From the human T2T-CHM13v2.0 reference genome, Homo sapiens: a stretch of DNA of 64,000 bases. Shown in pieces: positions 12,789 to 27,200 of this stretch; position 1 is the stretch's first letter; each line of letters opens with the position of its first letter. The DNA is taken from the NCBI RefSeq assembly GCF_009914755.1, contig NC_060925.1. One strand, written 5' to 3'. The position numbers and the translations under genes are program-made. The notes below the pieces were generated by a model that searched no databases, was not told the DNA's origin, and saw only the letters and a list, made by a program, of their open reading frames with translations.

Positions 12789-15700
12789 TCAGTAAGAACA
12801 GTTAATAAACATTACTTCATGAGTGAAAAGAATTTTGAGGTAAAGTTTTGAATTGACAGTATTACAGACAATATTATTTTTTATACATTTTCCTTTCTTT
12901 TTCTTTCAGTTATCTGGATTAGAGATCTGATTTTCAAAAGTTGTCATGTTTTTGTAAACCTTCAACCAAAAGGCTTAAAAGGAGAAGGTATAATTTTAAC
13001 TTTACCAGGAGTATATGCTGTATTTACTTGCATAAAGACAGAAAACAGCCCTGGTTTCTCTGTGTCACTTGTTGTCATTTATAAGCTTTGGCTGGAGGGG
13101 AGCAATGTCAAGGTGCATGGCAGCTGGTGTTAGAGCCGCTGTTCAGTGAGCTATCCCAGAATGCAGGGATGTATTTAGTTTGTCATGACTGGGTCAGGTG
13201 GAGCAGGCATGCTTCTCAGAACTTGATGAAAGTTTGGAATACCCAGAAACTGAGCTCACCATCTGCCAGAGATATGTCTACCTTATCTCTGAGTTTTATG
13301 CCCCTTCAACATGTCTAAAACTCTTTGATATCAGAGAGGCCAATGGAATCAATATGTAATTCCTCACTGTTATTTATGGACTACTGAGGACAGCCACAAG
13401 CTTTTCTAGGATTCTGGTGCTCTGCTTAAAAATAAAAAAAAATTAATATGATTTAAAATAAAGGCAACAACAACAGTGGCCTTTGGGCCCTCCCATAAGT
13501 ACAGATAACAAGTAGTTGGGTAGAGTGACCATAATAAATACCCATCTCACTAAGCCTTAGTATTCATCTTGCTATACTTTGACACAGAAGTTCTAGCATC
13601 TCATACTCATTTACTGTAGGCCTCCTTTAAGTCCGGATTTCAATTAGTCAACATAGAAGACTATGAATGCTCTTTCCAGACACTTAAACCAACATATTAA
13701 GTTATAAATCCTTCAGGAGTATACCCATGTTAATGAATATTACCATATTTAGTCTTATATTACATCTTCTTTTGTCTAAAAGCCATAGAATGTACATCCA
13801 TAGTTGTTCCTCGGACTTATGCCAAGAAAAATGTCAAGACCTACAGCTCTCTTAGTACATGAGCCATATTCCTCAGTGCATGTTCTCTACTTCTCCTTCT
13901 CTGCGAAGCTGGATCTCAATCTCCTATGCTTTAGAGGAAGTGAAAGATGCTGGCAAACATGCGAATAACTTACCCAGTTGAAGCAAACGAAAAGACTTAC
14001 GTATAGAGTTGCTGATTGTCTCAAATCAGGGTGGGGGGTATGAAATTCTTACACCCAAAAGTAATGTTCAGTGTTTTCAGTTTCAAAGTTGCCACTCTTG
14101 TCTTTGTTTATATAACTGTCTGCAACCCATTTCTCAGGATCACACTCCTCCCAATCCATGTCTTTCCTGTAGCACAAGAGAACTTGGATGGTCACATATT
14201 CAATTGGTAATGTAACTCTGTATCCTTCCAAATTAATCTAGGCTTATCAGTCTAAAGTTATTATAAAGTTATAAAGGCGAGCAAACCAATTCAAGAACCC
14301 ATTTTGATGTGTTGTTTTGTGAGGTTCTTAGGGTCTCTATTGGAGAATTAATTGGGAGCTGGTAGAAAACAGATGGCCTGCGCAAAGGAGTTGAGAAGAG
14401 ATTTTAATGAAAGAACTATTTACACATGGTTATTAAGGTTAAGAGATCCAACAAGCAATAATGTCACATAATAGAATTAACAAGATGAAATCTGAATGGG
14501 TAAGAAGAAAGAGTGGTTTTATTGACTGACAATGGTAGCTGTGAACTTAGGCAAAGGAAGAGGGCAATTGCCAGACCATAGGCTGGCAGGAAGAAGTAGA
14601 GTTAAATATTCTGACCTCTCCTTCCACCCTCCAATATTCTGATGATATACGAAAAACAGCAACAACAAGACAACTTTGTGGTGGGGGAACAAAGAAAAAG
14701 CATCGGTTATTACCCAACAACTTTAACTCAAAATGTGATTGCTTTATTCTGATAGATACAGTTCCCAGAGTTACTCTCTTGAGGTAGTCTAGTTTCTCTC
14801 ATTTGACACTCACTTGGCCTCCCAGTGAGAGTTCTTAAAAATTATAATAGGGGTAGGTGAAAGCCACAGGGGCTGAGCAATGGTTTAAATAGTCTCTCAC
14901 AAAATACAAAAGACCGGGGAAGAGGGATTTGAAAGCAGCTTTGTTTTCTTTACTTGGCAACTTCCTGGAGCTTGGATCCCTGCCAGTTAAACCTCTGCTC
15001 TGGGTGTGCCAGGGGACTTGTTAGAGTGCTACAATATACCAGTTAAAAAGTTTTAATTAAATAGAGGAAACGACAAGCAATGGCACCTGCAGTTGGGATC
15101 CCAGGAGGAGAAGAACTTGTTATAATATCCTTTGGGTTTCTAACTTAGCTCTCCCTGGCATTCTGGACAGTAATGAAGCCCCAAGTTCATTCAAAGGCAT
15201 CTTGGCAACAGTGAAATCAGACAAATTTTGACAAAAAGTTTAAGGTTTCACCTGGGACCAGATGCAATTCTCATACAAAGTGCTGGACTATCTGCTTATT
15301 ATTAAACACACTGTGTCTGTATTTGTGAATAGGAAGACAATAGTGTGTTCCATTAATTTGAGGTAGAACAGCAAAATGAGTCCCTCTTGATAGCTTTGGG
15401 CTCATTTAACAACCATGCTTATGTTCCATGACGTTTATCCACATATGATTATTATTCACTGGAATAAACTGATCCTTCCGAGAATAGTCCTAGTTCCCTC
15501 ATATAAGTACCAATTTCAGTATTTGGAAAACAATCCAGATTCATAACTGGAATCTTTCTTTTAGTATTGTGACTGTGTCTCAGCAGTTATAATAAAATTG
15601 TCACTGTACTAAAAATACCATTAATAATAAAGTGTGGAAAGACATGATATTCAGCTCTCTTCAAAAGTAGCTATTTGGTTATTTAAAGTTAGCTCATACG

Positions 15701-15938
15701 TTTTATGTATTTATAAAGCTCAAGATCTTGGGCTAGATTCTTAACAAAAAAGTTTTCAATTTGTTGAAAGGTTCAGTCAAGTCAGTGAAAAACAAAAATC
15801 CTAGGATAGATTGAATTGACTTATTTTAATCTACCAAATTATTTTTATCAGTTAAAGTGTTTTAATTTCTGCCCTCGTGTAGAGAAAAGTATTGATTAAA
15901 CAAGAAAACTTCTTGAGTAACACAAACTCCATTGGTTT

Positions 15939-17377
15939 TGTTGATGCAGAAAGCAAAACTGTAAAATATTTGAAGAGGTTTATTTTGAGCCCAATGTGAA
16001 TGACCATGGCCCATGACACAGTCTCAGGAGGTCCTGAGAACACGTGCCCAGGTAGCTGGGTTATAGCTCGCTTTTACACATTTTAGGGAGACAGGTGCCC
16101 AGGTAGCTGGGTTACAGCTCGCTTTTACACATTTTAGGGAGACAGGTGCCCAGGTAGCTGGGTTACAGCTCACTTTTACACATTTTAGGGAGACAGGTGC
16201 CCAGGTAGCTGGGTTACAGCTCGCTTTTACACATTTTAGGGAGACAGGTGCCCAGGTAGCTGGGTTACAGCTCGCTTTTACACATTTTAGGGAGACAGGT
16301 GCCCAGGTAGCTGGGTTACAGCTCGCTTTTACACATTTTAGGGAGACAGGTGCCCAGGTAGCTGGGTTACAGCTCGCTTTTATACATTTTAGGGAGACAG
16401 GTGCCCAGGTAGCTGGGTTACAGCTCGCTTTTACACTTTTTAGGGAGACAGGTGCCCAGGTAGCTGGGTTACAGCTCACTTTTACACATTTTAGGGAGAC
16501 AGGTGCCCAGGTAGCTGGGTTACACCTCCCTTTTATACATTTTAGGGAGACAGCTTCCCAAGGTATCTGGGTTACAGCTCACTTTTACACATTTTAGGGA
16601 GACAGGTTCCCAAGGTAGCTGGGTTACAGCTTGCTTCTGTACACTTTAGGGAGACAGAAGTTACAGGCAGACATAAATCAATACATGTAAAGTGTACACT
16701 GGTTCGGCCCTGAAAGGTGAGACATCTAGAAGGTAGGGTGTGAGAGAGGGCTTTTCAGGTCCTGGGTGAATTCAAAGATTTCCAAAGATTGGCAATGGGT
16801 TGAAAAAGTTAAGTTTTGCCTGAGAAGAGTTGAAGTCAGCATAAAGAAATGCTTGAGTCAAGATGAGGGGGGTAGTGGAAGCCAAGGTTCTTGTTATGTC
16901 CGTGAAGCCTGTAAGTAACAGGCTTCAGAGAGAATGGATGGTAAATGTATCTTATCAGATCTTAAAAAAATCTGGGAAAGACCTGGTAAGTGAAGGAGAT
17001 TCCCTACAGAATACAAATTCCTCTTACAAGAGAGGGCTTTGCAGGGACATTTCAAAATATGTCAAAGAGAATATATTTTGGGACAAAATACTTTGATTTC
17101 CTTCAAGGCCTGCTCTCTATCATGTGATCCCATACCAGAGTCAGGTCGGAGTTGGGTATCTCACTGCTACAAAGAATCTGTTTTGTCAGCCTTATGATCT
17201 CTAGTTTAGTGTTAATGCTGGTCCCTTGTGCCTAAACTCCACAGGGATGAGGGTATGTGTGACCCGCCTTTTCCATTATGGCCTGAGCTATTTCTTCAGG
17301 TTTCTTGGGATCCCCTTGGTTAAGAGGAGGATCCATTCAGTCACTTGGGGCACTCAGAATTTTATTTGTGCGTTACA
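15939..17377 (-). mobile_element. MER4-family (ERV1) solo LTR containing a VNTR
   Basis: TG...CA termini; 'ctgtaaaatatttgaagaggtttattttgagcc...gaccatggcccatgacacagtctcaggaggtcctgagaaca' and terminal 'agaattttatttgtgcgttaca' match MER4-type LTRs. Confidence 0.85.
16044..16657. repeat. Minisatellite/VNTR, 12 copies of a ~51-bp unit
   Basis: Unit gtgcccaggtagctgggttacagctcgcttttacacattttagggagacag starting at 16044, 16095, 16146, 16197...; gives the 17-aa repeat in ORF 16024..16479. Confidence 0.97.
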
Positions 17378-17664
17378 TTATCTCTCTTTCTTGCTGGCTT
17401 ACATTATATTTCTTTCCTGCTACTTCAATGAGTATGCTCCTAACCTCAGTTACTTTTTATCATTTTCTACTCAATGTCCCACCTTCCCGACTGCTTAAAG
17501 ATGTCTTTTGGATTGAAATATATCTTGGGCCTCCCACAATCTTCTCACCTCATTTTTTTCATTGTGCCAATTTAAAAGACTATTTCATTCCCACACATGT
17601 TTAACTTATTGTTGTTGTTATTATATCATATATAACAGATGCTAATACTAATTTAAATATTTAG

Positions 17665-17982
17665 GTTTTAGGGGATGGATACTGAAGGGGAATTTTTATC
17701 AAAGATTATAAAATTTCAGTGAGACAGGAAAAATAAGCTTTAATGATCTATTGCACTGAATGATGACTATAATAAATAATTATGCATTATATATTTAAAA
17801 ATTGCTAAAGAAAATAGATTTTAAACGTTTCCAACACAAAATAGAAGTGTATGAGGTGATAGATTTGTTAATTACCATGATTTAATCATTCCACAATGTA
17901 AACATGTATTAAAATATCACATTGTGCTCCATCAATATACACAATTCTTATTTTTCAATTAAAAATATAATAAAATAAATTA
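17665..17982 (+). mobile_element. L1MA 3' end
   Basis: 'gatctattgcac...aaaattgctaa...gaggtgatagatttgttaatt' followed by an A-rich tail. Confidence 0.85.
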
Positions 17983-18484
17983 ACTGCAGACAGTAGTTTG
18001 ACTCCTGTGTATTAAGCCCCTTTTACATAGGCCAGAAGCCCACCACCTACTCTAGCTTCACACCAAGTGTCCTGCTTTAGTCTTCTGTCTCTCACATGGC
18101 CCCTTTATTCACCTTTATATATGGGAATGTGCCTGCCTCTAGTGAAAGAGCCAGCAAATTTATAGTTCACCTCTACCTACTTTGTCATATTTTACCTGTT
18201 CCAGGTCTGCAGAGAGAGGAGTTTTTTGTCATAGTAAACCTTTGTATTAATACCTAAATACACATAGATTTTAGAAGAACATTATTTTTCTTAGGTAGGT
18301 GTCCATAGACGGAGCTGAGATTCCTGTGCAATTGACCTCAATTTATAACTTCAGTTTTCCTGTGACACCTACAGCGATGTGTCCTTATGATCTTTTTGCT
18401 TGTTTTGGACCCCACAAGTGAGGTCTTAAATTTATTATCGTAAAGTAATATTTTATTGCTGTTTTAGATAGCTATCTGTGGATT

Positions 18485-18912
18485 TGATATTGTTTGGACC
18501 TGGGTCCCCACCCAAATTTCATTTCAAATTGTAATCCCCTGTGTTGGAGGTGGTGCCTGGAGGGAGGTGATTGGATTATGGGGCTAGATTTCTCATGAAT
18601 AGTTTACCATCATCCTCTTGGGGCTGTTCTTGTGATACTGAGTGAGTTCTCTTGAGATCTGGTTGTTTAAAAGTGTATAGCCCCTCCCCGCTCTCTCTCT
18701 GTTGCTCCTGCTGCCAACATGTGAGATGCCTCGCTCCCTCTTTGATTTCTGCCCTGATTGGAAGCTTCCTGAGGCCTCCCCAGGAGCCTGGAAGATACCA
18801 GAATCACACTTCCTGCACAGCCCATAGAACCTTAGGACAATTAAACTTCTTTTCTTTATAAATTACACTGTCCAGGTATTTTTTTATAGCAATGTAAGAA
18901 TGGACTAATACA
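18485..18912 (+). mobile_element. MST (MaLR) solo LTR, MSTA-like
   Basis: Starts tgatattgtttgg, ends aatggactaataca, 428 bp; near-TSD GGATT/GGCTT. Confidence 0.92.
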
Positions 18913-19199
18913 GGCTTCATCATGGAAGCGATCACCTCTTTATATAGTCATTGGACTGCTGTGATTAGAAAATTCACAGCAATGAGTTGGTCTCATTTTG
19001 TATATATTTTATTGAGTGTTTGCCATATTTAGGTTACCTCTGGGATGGGGTGCAATTCTCATATACAATATACAGACCGTTTACTTATTAGAAGGATGTC
19101 TGTGTTTGTATCAGGAGTGGGAGGACAGTGGTGAACTCATTAATGTGATTCAGTAGAACATCAAAATGAGATCTTCATTGTGGCTTTGGAATACATTTT

Positions 19200-20990
19200 T
19201 GACACTTTTAAAATTAAAATTATTTTAATTCATATTATGAAATATATTGTACACAATAAAATCCATCTAATTAATATTTACAAATTTAAAATAAAATAAC
19301 CTGTAATTACTACACATAGAAGAAATATATATCAACAATTTATTTGAGCTCCTGGTGTTCTCCTCCCATCTTCTCTGGAGAGCCACAACATTCTTAATTT
19401 TGTTTTGTAAATCATTTATCTTTACACTTTTATCATAAATGCCCATATCTTCAAATATTTGTGTGCATGTCTCTTGAGCTTTATATTGACAGAATCATAT
19501 CAAAAGCATTTTGTTTGTTTGCACTTAACATTTTGCTTGGGAGATTCATTCATGCAAGTATTGATGGTTAAGACATTTTAAAAATATATAACTGTTACAT
19601 AGCATTTCACTGTTTAAAAATAACTATTTGTATTTTCTGTCCTCCAGTTTTCTGCTATCTAGAAAAGGCTCTTTGTTAAGACTTTTATTCTAAGGCAGAT
19701 GGGAAGTCAACATAGGGTGTTGTGCAGAGAAGAAGTACACATATTATTTTTGCTACTCTGTAGGGAGTAGGTTGCTGAGGGTCAAGGGTAGAAGCAGCAA
19801 GATTACATAAACATTTCATAAATACACGAAGAATAAGTGGCCCAAAGCAGGTAGGTAGCAGTGAAGATGGTGAGAAGCGGCCGGATTCTGGATGTCTTTG
19901 GAGGTAGAGCCAACAGAAATATTGTAGACTGGCTGTAGCGTGTGTACAGAAGACAGCACTCATGGGTGACCCCAAGGCTTTGGGCCAGAGGTGTTAAGGG
20001 GTACCATTGTGATCAGAAGTGGGAGGCAAAGATGTGCCTGGAACAGATATGGGATAGGGAAATATCAGAATACTGTACATCTGAGATGTCTAAAAGCCAT
20101 TCAAGTGGAAAGGTCATGTGGGTAATTGGATGTGGAACTGAATCAGTAAGTAAATATATACACAATCTTTAGGAATCATTAAGACAAAGGAAAATAACCC
20201 AACAGAAAAAAAATGTCTGCAAAAGGCCTGAACAGATAGTTAACAGAGTAGAAAGTATGGATGATCAATAAACATATCAAATGGTACTGCATATGGATAA
20301 TAATCATGGAAATTAAAATAAAACCATTAGGTTGTATTCCATACTTGCTATTTTTCAGCGAATATTTAAATGAGTGAACATACTATGTTTGAATGAGGAT
20401 ATGGAGTGAAACGAACTCTGATGCATTAGCAATGGAAATGTGAATTTGTGTATCTCTTTGAAAAACAACCCGCATTTACCTAGTAAATATTCTAAGATCC
20501 ATTTTTTTCTGTCCTAGACAGAAAGTCAAGGGCCTCAAAAAGGCTGCTCCAGGACCCTTTGAAGTCTAGTTTCCAGTCATATTTTGCTGTTATCTCTCAC
20601 TGATCTCATCTTCCCATTCTCCATTCCAACCACACAGGCATCTATGCTGTTCTAGAATATATACTCCACAGTTCTGCTTCAGAGTTGGCACGCTAGGAAT
20701 TTTCTTTTATTAGACTCTCTTCTCCGAAGTATCTATGAGACTCACTTTCTTATTGTTTTACCAATCTGTGCTCAAAAGTTACTTACTCAAGGCCCAGCCT
20801 GAGCTCTCTACTGTTACCCACCAGTATTATTGATCTGCCCGAGTTTGCTCTTTTTCCTCTTTACTATGATGCTGATGACCTTCCATCATGCTATGTAATT
20901 TACTTATTTATTATGATTATTTTCAGTATCTACTCTCTCCCCACCCCTTCCCCGCACACATACACTCTTATCCTAAAGTATAATTTGCTC
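19200..20990. mobile_element. Mosaic of ancient L1M and L2 fragments
   Basis: L1ME-like ~19200-19660, L2 ~19680-20140 ('ggattctggatgtctttggaggtagagccaacag'), L1M ~20150-20480, L2 ~20520-20990. Confidence 0.6.
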
Positions 20991-21009
20991 ATAAGCAGGG
21001 ATTTTTTTT

Positions 21010-21560
21010 ATTATGATATTTTAAGTTCTAGGGTACATGTGCACAACGTGCAGGTTTGTTACATATGTATACATGTGCCATGTTGGTGTGCTGCACCCAT
21101 TAATTTGTCATTTACATTAGGTATATCTTCTAATGCTATCCCTCCCCCCTCCCCCCACCCCACAACGGGCCCTGGTGTGTGATATTCCCCTTCCTGTGTC
21201 CAAGTGATCTCATTGTTCAATTCCCACCTATGAGTGAGAACATGCGGTGTATGGTTTTCTGTCCTTACCATAGTTTGCTGAGAATGATGGTTTCCAGCTT
21301 CATCCATGTCCCTACAAAGGACATGAACTCATCCTTTTTTTATGGCTGCATAGTATTCCATGGTGTATATGTGCCACATTTTCTTAATCCAGTCTATCAT
21401 TGATGGACATTTGGGTTGGTTCCAAGTCTTTGCTATTGTGAATAGTGCCACAATAAACATACGTGTGCATGTGTCTTTATAGCAGCATGATTTATAATCC
21501 TTTGGGTATATACCCAGTAATGCGATGGCTGGGTCAAATGGTATTTCTAGTTCTGGATCC
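21010..21560 (-). mobile_element. 5'-truncated L1PA (~550 bp) with TSD, inserted in L2
   Basis: L1PA 3'UTR; TSD CATAAGCAGGGATTTTTTTT at 20990-21009 and 21561-21580. Confidence 0.95.
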
Positions 21561-22918
21561 CATAAGCAGGGATTTTTTTTTGTTGTTGTTATTTCCTGAT
21601 GTATCTCAAGTGCCTAGAGCATTGTCTGGTACATGGCACATAAAGTTAGCTAGGTAGATGCTAGTTGAAGGATGAATGATAACCAGTTACATGCAGCAGC
21701 ATGCACCCATGTGTGTGGTGATGAATATCAGAGCCTCTCAACATTTAATGACTCTCATTAATTTTTTTTGAGCAAATAATTTGAGCTTTCGGTTTCCTTA
21801 CCTTAAAAAATGAAGATAAAATAAATCATACCAGTGTTGCCCTTTAGTAGATGAAAATATAATACTTTGGATTTTGTAAGAGACCTTTTTTATTATTTGG
21901 GGAAGGTTTTAGAATTTTCTCTTTGTCTTTGATATTAAACTTCACAAATATGTCTATGTTTAGATTTTTCCTAATATATCATGTTACATTTTTAAGGGGG
22001 GACTATAATCCTGCTTCACATAAGGAAAACACTTGTTTCTTCAAATATATACTCTTCATATGTATACTTATTTATTTCATTCTGGTGATGCTATTATGTT
22101 GAAGTCTTATCTGGATTTTCTCTGAGACAATTCTTCTACATTCATCAGAGTAATCAATAACTAGTTATGTCAGATCTGTTAATTAAAACATTTTTTAGTG
22201 TTTTTTCTAGATATTTATATTTGTACTTATTATTCCTACTTACTTCTCTTTATATTTTTCTCCTTTATGTTAACTATGAAGTCCTCATTTGGGGGTTATA
22301 TATTTATTTTAAATTTTACTGTATGAGAAATTAATAATTTTTTTATCTGACAACATACTTTCATTTTGCTTGTTTCATTTTACTTTATTTAAGGAGTTTG
22401 TTTTTCTCAGACAGCTCATATTTCCCTAGACATATTATCTACCTTTTCTTTAAATGTATTTTTGTGACAAGTATTGAATCCAGGCCCCAATTTTTGCCCC
22501 TTCTATAAATATACTTGTGGCTATATCCTACAATTTTGAAAAGTAGTTTCCTCTTATTAAACAATTTTTATTTCCTGATCTCTCTATCTCTATTTCTTTC
22601 ATCAATGGAGTGAGATCACAGTCTCTCTTTTATATTGTCCTAATACCATAGCAAATTAGAAAGCCATTTTACAGTTTCTAAATACATGATTCTTATTTAG
22701 GTTGTTTTTCTTTTGGTAAATAGTCTATTTAATTTATTTATGGTGCCCTAATGGAAAGTCACTTAATAAATTGTGCATTTGAAAAGAATATGAGTGCATG
22801 AATGTAGTTGAATGATTCAAATCTTTACATCTCTCATTTTGTTTACTTGATATGTTGAATTTCCCCTAACATTGTATTGTGAATGTTGTATTATAAAGAG
22901 AAAGTTGAGAGACTTCTT

Positions 22919-22990
22919 CATATACATGTTCAGTAAACACTCATATACCTATGAACATATACATGTTCAGTAAACACTCATATACCTATG
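22919..22990. repeat. 37-bp-period tandem duplication
   Basis: catatacatgttcagtaaacactcatatacctatg occurs twice. Confidence 0.9.
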
Positions 22991-23069
22991 GCCTCTGTAT
23001 CATCCTTATAGCATATCTATCCTATTTGACTTTGATTTTTAAAGACTTTTAAAGACTTTTTAAAATTTT

Positions 23070-23240
23070 TAAGTTTCTTTTTAAGAGATGAAGTCTTGCT
23101 CTGTTGCCCAGGACGAATTGCAGTGTTTATTCACAGGTACCATGATAGTGCACTATAGTCTCAAACTCCTGGCCTCAAGCAATCTTCCTGCCTCTGCCTC
23201 CTGCGTAGCTGTGACTACAGGCACATACCACCCCACCCAG
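23070..23240 (-). mobile_element. Alu monomer (FLAM/FRAM-like)
   Basis: 'gtcttgctctgttgcccagg...ctcaaactcctggcctcaagcaatc'. Confidence 0.8.
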
Positions 23241-23788
23241 AAGACACTTTATTTTTTCACATCAGTTTTAGGTTCACAGCAAAATAGGAAGTTAAGGAGC
23301 TTTCCCATGTGCCTCCTGCCTGCACACATACACAGCCTCCCCCTTATCAACATCCCACACCACAGTGGTACATTTTGTACAACTAATGAACCTACACTGA
23401 TGCATAATCATCACCCAAAGTCCATAGTTTATCTCAGTGTTCACTCTTGGTGATGTACATTCTGTGAGTTTGGACAAATGTATAATAACTGTGTCCATCA
23501 TTATAGCGTCTTACAGAGTATTTTCACTGCCCTAAAAATCCGTTATTGCTCTGCATCCTCTCCGGAAACTGGTGATGTCAGCGTTTCATATTTCAGTCAT
23601 ACAAGTAGGTGTGCAGGGGTAACTTATTATTTTAATTTATATTTCCCTAACAACATACGATATGGAGCATCTTCTCATATGCTTATTTGCCATCTATATT
23701 TCTTCCTTGGTGAGGTGTCACTTAAGGTACTTGGCCCATTTTTAATTATGTTGTTAGTTTTCTTATTGTTGAGTTTTAAGGGTTCTTT

Positions 23789-24102
<314 letters not shown>

Positions 24103-24129
24103 CTTAAGGGTTCTTTACATACTTTAAAT

Positions 24130-24270
24130 AAGTTTTTTTTTTTCTTTTTAATTTAGTGATGGAATCTTGCTGTGTTGCCCAGGCTAGTCTTGAACTTCTG
24201 GCCTAAAACAATCCTGCCACCTCAGCCTCCCTAAGTGCTAGGATTATAGGTGGGAGTTACTGGACCTGGC
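24130..24270 (-). mobile_element. Alu monomer (FLAM)
   Basis: Poly-T then a single Alu arm ending 'ggacctggc'. Confidence 0.8.
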
Positions 24271-27200
24271 AATGGATAAGTTCTTTATCAGATGTATTTT
24301 TGTCAAATATTTTCTTCCAGTGTGTGGTTTGTCTTCTCATCCTCTTGACATTGTGTTTCACAGAGCAGATTTCTTTAAGATAAAGTTTGAATTTTCAATG
24401 ATTTATTTTATGAATTGTGGCTTTTGTGTTTTATCTAAAAAAGTTATCGCCATGCCCAACATCATCTAGGTTTTCCCCTATGTCATCTTAGGGTTTTATA
24501 GTTTTGCATTTTATATTTAAGTCTGTGATTCATTTTAAGTTACTTTTTGTGAAGGACTTAAGGTTTATGTCTATTTATTTTTTGCACGTGGATATGCAGT
24601 TGTTTGAGCACCATTTGTTGAAGACTATTATTGCTCTGTTTTACTGCCTTTGCTTCTTTGTCAAATATCTGTTGACTATATGTACGTGGGACTATTTCTG
24701 GGCTCTAGCCTCTCCTGTTAATCTGTTTGTCTATTAGCAATACCACACTGTCTTCATCACTGTAGTTTTATAATAAATGTCAAATTCAGGTAGTATAAGT
24801 CCTCCAACTTTGTTATTCTCTTTCACTGTTGCTCTAGCTGTTCTGGGTCTTTTGTTTCTTCCTTTAGCTATTAGGAAAAGTTTCTTAATAAATACAAAGT
24901 CACTTGCTGGGATTTTGAGTGGGATTACATTGAATCTATAGATCAAGTTGGAAGAACCAACATCTTGACAATATCAGGCCTTTTAATGCATGAATGTGGA
25001 ATATGTCTCCACTTATTAATTTCTTCTTTGATTTTTTTATTAGAGTTTTATAGTTTTTCTCATATATGTCTTGTTCATATTTCGTTAGATCTATACCTAA
25101 GTATTTTAATTTTGGGTGCTAATGTAAATGGTGTTGTGTTTCAAATTTCTTCTTTTTATAATGTTTAGAAATTATTATTTTATTTTTAAAATTTTACAGA
25201 TAGCATTGTATATTTTTATCATGTGCCCATAATATTTTGAAGTATATATACATTGTGGGATTATGATGTCTAGCTAATTAACAATTGCATTAGCTCACCT
25301 AGTTACCATTTTAGTAGGAAAAGCACTCAACATCTACTCTTTCTGCATTTTTTTAAGAATCCAATCATCATTAATTATAGTCACTTTACTGTACAATAGG
25401 TCTCTTGAATTTATTTCTCCTAACTGTAATTTAGTATCCTTTGACAAACCTTTTCCTATTCTCTCCTTTCCCCTACTCTCCTTTCCTTCTGGAAACCACT
25501 TTTCTACTCTCTACTTCTATGAGATCAATTTTTAGAAATTCCACATATTAATGAGATCATTCAGTATTTGTGTTTTGTGCCTGGCTTATTTCACTTAACA
25601 TAATGTCTTCTGTAGCACATTCATGTAGTTCCTAATGAAATAATTTTATTCTTTTTATGGCTAAAGAGTATTCCATTGTGTATATATATCACATTTTCTT
25701 TATCAGTTCATCTGCTGGTGGACACTGAGGTTGATTCCATATCTTGACTATTGTGAATATGGTTCCCATAAACATGGGAGTGCAGATAGCTCTTCAACAT
25801 ACCAATTTCATTTTCTTTGAATATCTACCCAGTAGTGGAATTGGTGGATCATATGGGAGCTCTATTTTTAATTTTTTGAGAAACCTTCATACTGTTTTTT
25901 AAAGTGGCTGTACGAATTTACATTTCCACCAACAATGTGTGTGGGTTCACTTTTCTCCACATCCTCTCCAGCACTTGTTATTTTAAGTCTTTTTAATTAT
26001 AGCCATACTAACTGCATTGAGGTGATATCTCATTGTGGTTTTGTTTTTCATTTCCCAGAACATTAGTACTGTTGATCTTTTTTTTGTATATACCTGTTAG
26101 ACATTTATGTGCCTTCTTTTGAGAACTATTTATTTAGGTATTTTGCCCATTTTTAAATCAGGTTCTTGGTGTTTTTTTGTTACTGTTGAGTTGCTGGAGG
26201 ACTTTTGGTTTTGGATATTAACATTTTATCAGTTAAATAATTTGTAAATGTTCTTCTATTCTGTAGATTGTCTCTTTGTGGATTGTTTTATTTGCTGTGT
26301 AGAAGCTTTTTAATCTGATGTAATCCTATATGTATATTTGTGCTTTTGGTGTCTATGTTTTTGAGGTCTTATCCAAATAATCCTCCCCAGACCAATGTTA
26401 TAAAGCTTTCTCCTATTTTTTTCTAGTTGTGTTATAGTCTCAGATTTTACATTTAAGTCTGTAATCTATTTTAAGTTGCATTTTATATATGATGAGAGAT
26501 AAGGGTCTAATTTTAGTCTTCTGAATGTGAATATCCAATTTTCCAACACCATTCATTGAAGAAGCTGTCCTTTCCCCATTGTGTGATCTTGGCACCTTTG
26601 TTGAAAATCACTTAACTGTACATTTATAGATTTAATTCTGGTATCTCTATTATGTTCCATTGGCCTCTATGTCTACTTCTATGCCAGTATCATGCTGTTT
26701 TGTTTACTGTAGTCTTGTAGTAGTGTATTATGAAGCCTGTGATATGATGTCTTCAGGTTTGTTCTTTTTACTCAAAATTGCTGTGGCTATTTGGTGTTTT
26801 TTTTTGTGGTGTCATAAGAATTATAGAATTTTTTTTCTGTTTATGCGAAGAATGTCGTTGGTATTTTGATAGGGATTGCATGAAATCTGTAGATTGCTTT
26901 GGGGAGTATAGAGATTTTTATTTATTCTTCCAAAATGAACTCAGGCTATCTTTCCATTTATTTGTGTTTTTCTTCAAGTTTTTATCAATGATTTATAGTT
27001 TTCAGTACAGAAATCATTAACCTCCTTAGTTAAGTTTATTCCTAAGTACTGTATTTTATTTTATATTTTTGCCTATTGAGAATGAAATTCTGTTCTTGAC
27101 TTATTTTTATAGCTGAAAAATTAGTATACAGAAATGCTACTGATCTGTATGTTGATTTTATATCCTGCAACTTTTCTAACTTTGTTAATCAGTTCTAAAA

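Noticed and set aside
14315-14700. Possible old ERVL-type LTR fragment
   Set aside because: Resemblance too weak to assign a family or boundaries by eye
16024-16479. 151-aa ORF with 17-aa repeats (KASCNPATWAPVSLKCV)
   Set aside because: By-product of a stop-free 51-bp VNTR unit within an LTR; non-ATG start
16044-16657. CRISPR-like regular array
   Set aside because: Head-to-tail repeats with no unique spacers and no cas genes, in a primate genomic context
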